From an uncultured Gammaproteobacteria bacterium (lineage in GTDB: Bacteria > Pseudomonadota > Gammaproteobacteria > QNFE01 > CAZPSE01), in NCBI GenBank assembly GCA_964589575.1, contig CAZPSE010000005.1:1611-65610 (forward strand): a DNA stretch of 64,000 bases, given 5' to 3'. Positions 60,009-64,000 of the stretch are shown piece after piece (position 1 is the stretch's first letter; each line of letters begins with the position of its first letter). The notes under the pieces were generated by a model. It saw nothing but the letters and a program-made list of their open reading frames with translations. It was not told where the DNA came from and did no database searches. The position numbers and the translations under genes are program-made.

Positions 60009-61208
60009 GCATTCATCAATCAGCTCGCACCAGTGCTGTATAGGTATGTTTAAATCGGCATGTAAATGATTAATGCAGCCAATATTATTACTGACCACTC
60101 TATCGGGTAAATTAACGGTTAAATCGTTAACTTTGTCCTTTTTAATTTTGGTAGATAATTGCGGGTTCATTGCCGAATAAAGCCCAGCAGAACCACAGCA
60201 TAAGTGGGCATTGTTTGTGTCTACCAAATTAAAACCTAATGCCGTTAAATTACCGTCTAAAGTGTTTGGGTTTTTTTGCCAATGTTGTAAAGAGCAGGGT
60301 GTATGGCAAGCAATTTTTTCATTTGTTGGTGTTACATTTAGCGTTTTTAGCTTCGCTAAATCAAAATAATCAACGCTGTCATACGTTGTTTTTAGTAACT
60401 TTTTTGCTTTATTAGCATATTCGCTAACGCCTTCTAAGTGTTGGGCATACTGTTTAATAAATGCGCTGCAACCGCTAGCGGTTATCAATAATGGTTGCTT
60501 TTCTTTTGCCCAAATATCAATATTACGTTTCATTTTTTTAATGGCAGCAGGTTTATTGCCTGCATGCCAGTCTATCGCGCCACAGCATTGTTCTTTGTCA
60601 CAATGGATGGCTTTGGTTTGGCTTTTATGCAGCAAGTTTTCTATACTTTGGTTAATTTCGGGGGCTAAAACACGCTGTACACAGCCTTTAAACAATATAA
60701 CCTGTTGTTTTATGTTACTGGGTAAGGGCAAGGGGTCGACGCTACGGGGTGTTTTAAACGTCGCTTTTAAAACATTGGGTAACAAAGGTTTGGATAACTT
60801 AAATGCTAAAAAGATTAATGAAAAGCGAATGGGGTAGGGCAATGTTTGTGTGAAGAACCAATATTTTAGTTTGGTAATAAAACCATTAGAGGTCGACTCT
60901 TTTAATATGTCTTGTCCTATTTCATACAACTTTCCGTACTCAACACCCGACGGGCAAGTGCTTTCACAGTTTCTACATTGCAAGCACAAGTTTAAATGCT
61001 CTAAAGTAGTTTTAGTGGCGGGTTGCCCTTCTACTATTTGTTTGATTAAATAAATACGTCCGCGTGGCGAGTTAAGCTCGTTACCGGTTTTTAAATAGGT
61101 CGGGCAGGTGGCATTGCAAAAACCGCAATGTACACAACTGCGGAGTATTTTATCGGCCAGTTTGCCTTTGGCAGTATTGGCATATTTAGGGGCAAGGTTG
61201 GTTTGCAT
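59991..61208 (-). CDS. glcF: Glycolate oxidase iron-sulfur subunit
   Basis: Two 4Fe-4S ferredoxin motifs (CVHCGFCNATCP, CLQCRNCESTCP) and C-terminal CCG domains. 405 aa versus 407 aa in E. coli GlcF. Confidence 0.85.
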   Translation of the reverse strand: MQTNLAPKYANTAKGKLADKILRSCVHCGFCNATCPTYLKTGNELNSPRGRIYLIKQIVEGQPATKTTLEHLNLCLQCRNCESTCPSGVEYGKLYEIGQDILKESTSNGFITKLKYWFFTQTLPYPIRFSLIFLAFKLSKPLLPNVLKATFKTPRSVDPLPLPSNIKQQVILFKGCVQRVLAPEINQSIENLLHKSQTKAIHCDKEQCCGAIDWHAGNKPAAIKKMKRNIDIWAKEKQPLLITASGCSAFIKQYAQHLEGVSEYANKAKKLLKTTYDSVDYFDLAKLKTLNVTPTNEKIACHTPCSLQHWQKNPNTLDGNLTALGFNLVDTNNAHLCCGSAGLYSAMNPQLSTKIKKDKVNDLTVNLPDRVVSNNIGCINHLHADLNIPIQHWCELIDECSSGFP

Positions 61209-61211
61209 TGT

Positions 61212-62237
61212 TTAACCCCCGCAATTAATAAGTTGGTAAGGGTCAAAGGCCAGCTTTAGTTTTTGTTTGTATATGTCTAACAGCGTTGGCTTTTTTCTTA
61301 ATTGCTTATTAGCCTTAAACAATTGTGCAGCCGCTAAGTTTTCTGGTTTATTATCACTTTTTAACCATCGTAAACCACCTGCCCAATCTATTAATATTTC
61401 ATCTGTTGGTGCCAGTTTTATGGCGGGTGCGTCTACTGCGGTATTCATTTTATATATAGACTGTCTGGATGGGTCATATTTAAAAATAGGGTGGCTGTAA
61501 TTATTTAATGTTTGCCAAATAGTGTTATTTGCATGTTTATATTCATGCGGACAAGTTTTTTGAAATGTTTCAACCGAATCTTGATAACCTGAAAGCTGAA
61601 TGGTTAGTTGTTGCTGGTAATAAGCCATGGCACTAATTGGTGAGGCTTTTTGGCGATAATGGTTCATTAACTTTATAGCAGAAGACTGGTTAGCTTCAAT
61701 AACAATACTTTGCGTTGTTTGCGCCATAGGGATAACTTTAATGGCCATGTCTAAAATAATGCCATATTGACCAAACGCACCCACTTGCAAGCGCGACAAA
61801 TCAAAACCTGCTACATTTTTAATAACTGCACCACCAAACACGCAGTTTTCTGCCAAGCCATTTAACATTCTAACACCCAAAATAGCATCTTTTACAGAGC
61901 CTAAAAAGGGCAATGTCGAACCCGTTAAACCACAGGCAACAATGCCACCAATAGTGGTTTTGTCAGACAATATTGGGGGGCTAAACGGCAGTTGTTGGTG
62001 GTGTTTTGCCAAGGCTTGGTTTATTTCGTTTATGCTTGTTCCAGCCCTTACTTGTATCACTAACTCATCGGGTGCGTAATGAATAATGCCAGTATGTTGC
62101 GAAACATCAATGGCTTGACCGCTAAGGTTATGATTACTAAATAAACCTAAACTGTTGCCATTAATAATTTTAACCGCTTGTTTATTTTCTACCGCTTCGG
62201 TTAATTGTTGGTGTATTTTTTGACTGTTATCTGGCAC
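61212..62237 (-). CDS. glcE: Glycolate oxidase FAD-binding subunit
   Basis: FAD-binding PCMH-type domain (GGLRW...). 341 aa. Lies between glcD and glcF in the conserved order. Confidence 0.8.
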   Translation of the reverse strand: MPDNSQKIHQQLTEAVENKQAVKIINGNSLGLFSNHNLSGQAIDVSQHTGIIHYAPDELVIQVRAGTSINEINQALAKHHQQLPFSPPILSDKTTIGGIVACGLTGSTLPFLGSVKDAILGVRMLNGLAENCVFGGAVIKNVAGFDLSRLQVGAFGQYGIILDMAIKVIPMAQTTQSIVIEANQSSAIKLMNHYRQKASPISAMAYYQQQLTIQLSGYQDSVETFQKTCPHEYKHANNTIWQTLNNYSHPIFKYDPSRQSIYKMNTAVDAPAIKLAPTDEILIDWAGGLRWLKSDNKPENLAAAQLFKANKQLRKKPTLLDIYKQKLKLAFDPYQLINCGG

Positions 62238-62239
62238 GG

Positions 62240-63700
62240 TTAAAACCTTTCCAATTCGGGGAAGGGTAATTCGCCATTATGCACATGCATTGCGCCCAAT
62301 TCTGCACAACGGTGCAGTTCGGGGATGGTTTTATTGGGATTGAGCATCTTTTTATCGTCAAAAGCTGCACGTACACGGTGAAACTGATCCAGTTCTGCTT
62401 GGCTAAATTGGTCGCACATTTGGTCAATTTTTTCCATACCTACGCCATGTTCCCCCGTTATAGTGCCGCCTACTTTAATGCTTAGTTTTAGTATTTCTGC
62501 ACCAAAGGCTTCGGCTTTATGTAGTTGTTCGGCCTCGTTTGCATCGTACAATATTAGTGGGTGTAAATTGCCGTCACCTGCATGAAATACATTGGCAACG
62601 GCTAAACCGTATTTTTTAGACAAACCGTAAATAGACTCTAAAACAAAGGTTAATTGCGCTTTAGGTATGGTGCCGTCCATGCAGTAATAATCGGGCGCAA
62701 TACGACCGACTGCTGGAAAGGCGTTTTTACGGCCTTTCCATAAAAGCTCAGCTTCGGTTGCATCTTTGGCTATACGTAAGTCAAAACAGTTATTGGCTTT
62801 TAGCAAGGGGTCGACGATTTTAAGCTGTTCTTCAATGTCCGACTCGGTGCCGTCCAGTTCACAAATTAATATTACCTCTGCATTTAATGGGTAACCAACC
62901 TTAACAAAAGCTTCGGCCGCTTCTATGGCTAGTTTGTCCATCATTTCTAAACCTGCAGGTATTACGCCACTGGCGATAATGTCGCTAACAGATTTACCTG
63001 CATCGGCAATGGTATTAAATGCGGCTAACAGCACTTTTATTTTTGGGGGTTTGGGTTTTAGTTTAACGGTGATTTCTGTAAAAATGCCTAATAAACCTTC
63101 GGACCCTATGATAAGAGGGATAAGTTCACTGCCGTCGCTATCTAAACTGTCAGAGCCTATTTGTAAAATATCACCATTAGCTGTGACCAATTCTATTGCT
63201 TGAATATTATGTACCGTTAAACCGTACTTTAAGCAATGGACACCGCCCGAATTTTCTGCAACATTACCGCCAATGGTACAAGCAATTTGAGACGAAGGAT
63301 CGGGTGCATAAAATAAACCGTATTTTGCCACCGCTTGAGAGATCGCAATATTACGCACACCAGGTTGTACTTTAGCGGTTAACTGGTTGGGGTTAATTTC
63401 TAAAATGTTATTGAGTTTACTTAAACTTAATAAAACACCGTTTGTAGCAGGTAAAGCCCCACCAGATAACCCCGTACCCGCACCACGCGATACTATTGGC
63501 ATATTGCAGTTATAACAAGCTTTAATAATGGCTATAACTTGTTCTTTATTATTGGGTAAAAAAACCGCCAGTGGTAATGCTTGGTAAGCAGACAATCCGT
63601 CACACTCAAAGGGTGACATGGCTTCTTTAGTGGTTAAAATATCCAGTTTAGGAAAAGATTTTTTTAATTTACGTAATAATGCGTTTAAATTTTTATTCAT
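62240..63700 (-). CDS. glcD: Glycolate oxidase subunit GlcD (FAD-linked oxidase)
   Basis: FAD-binding domain (PLAVFLPNNKEQVIAIIKACYNCNMPIVSRGAGTGLSGGALP). 486 aa. Confidence 0.9.
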   Translation of the reverse strand: MNKNLNALLRKLKKSFPKLDILTTKEAMSPFECDGLSAYQALPLAVFLPNNKEQVIAIIKACYNCNMPIVSRGAGTGLSGGALPATNGVLLSLSKLNNILEINPNQLTAKVQPGVRNIAISQAVAKYGLFYAPDPSSQIACTIGGNVAENSGGVHCLKYGLTVHNIQAIELVTANGDILQIGSDSLDSDGSELIPLIIGSEGLLGIFTEITVKLKPKPPKIKVLLAAFNTIADAGKSVSDIIASGVIPAGLEMMDKLAIEAAEAFVKVGYPLNAEVILICELDGTESDIEEQLKIVDPLLKANNCFDLRIAKDATEAELLWKGRKNAFPAVGRIAPDYYCMDGTIPKAQLTFVLESIYGLSKKYGLAVANVFHAGDGNLHPLILYDANEAEQLHKAEAFGAEILKLSIKVGGTITGEHGVGMEKIDQMCDQFSQAELDQFHRVRAAFDDKKMLNPNKTIPELHRCAELGAMHVHNGELPFPELERF

Positions 63701-64000
63701 TTAAAAGTAGTGATATTAAATTTATATCTAAAAATGCCATCTAAATATTCGGGTGATAAATTTAACGGTGATGAATAAGTAATGGTTTCATCAAGCGTGT
63801 CATAAACTTTTAAAATGGGTAAACCTTCTAATAAATTATCTTGTAAGTATTTTTTTAATACGGGGCGCGAGCGATAATTAGCAATTTTTTTAGAAATAAA
63901 ATTAACAAAGGGGAAAACGACACTAACATTATTGCAGGGCGGTAACCGTGCGACCTTATAACGCCCTCCCAAATAACGAAGCAGTTCTGGAGAGGCATAA
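63697..64000 (-). CDS. Partial ORF (C-terminal about 100 codons) of unknown function running off the window end
   Basis: The open frame continues to position 64000 with no stop. It ends 4 nt inside the glcD start (overlap). No family recognised. Confidence 0.3.
   Translation of the reverse strand, partial: YASPELLRYLGGRYKVARLPPCNNVSVVFPFVNFISKKIANYRSRPVLKKYLQDNLLEGLPILKVYDTLDETITYSSPLNLSPEYLDGIFRYKFNITTFK

Noticed and set aside
1-64000. tRNA or rRNA genes, integrase or prophage, restriction-modification or known defence systems
   Set aside because: No T-loop/acceptor-stem-like sequences were found in intergenic regions. No integrase, transposase, methyltransferase, or helicase-nuclease defence genes were recognised.

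Overview
The window is a chromosomal segment from a low-GC (roughly 38-40% by eye) gammaproteobacterium, with marine Alteromonadales-like gene content. It is gene-dense and mostly housekeeping. I recognise purB (partial), fumC, cca, trhO, yaeQ, mltF, pyrD, holA, proA, nadD, rsfS, rlmH, rng, yhdP, tldD, yjgA, pmbA, cysG, rsgA, orn, carAB, greA, rsmI and glcDEF. Several neighbourhoods match E. coli-like synteny: rng-yhdP-tldD, nadD-rsfS-rlmH, carA-carB and glcD-E-F. Between these sit accessory features. There are two type II toxin-antitoxin pairs, one mazEF-like and one RHH/ParE-like. There is a metal-efflux pair (MerR-family regulator with a CDF transporter). A large hybrid histidine kinase sits divergent from a REC-nucleotidyl-cyclase response regulator. 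Two tandem secreted N/G/Y-rich low-complexity proteins are present. The region is rich in small repeats: a mosaic MITE-like family with ~20-bp terminal inverted repeats TTAAGGAAGTCCTGATTAAC (at least 6-7 copies), a ~175-bp inverted-repeat element present on both sides of yhdP, a ~60-bp REP-like palindromic family at gene 3' ends, a second hairpin family, and a heavily over-represented 13-17-mer CAAGGGGTCGACG(CTAC/AAA) found in genes and spacers. The main candidate for a novel system is a tight five-gene operon at 34995..39790: a TlpA-like thioredoxin, a CPFC thioredoxin-fold protein, a TolC-like outer-membrane channel, a short HlyD-like adaptor and a standalone GspE/PilB-family secretion ATPase. 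It has no ABC/RND inner-membrane transporter and no GspF/PilC platform, so it does not fit canonical T1SS, T2SS or T4P architectures. carB carries a single in-frame TAG with adjacent substitutions at conserved residues. No tRNA, rRNA, CRISPR array or integrase/prophage signature was recognised.
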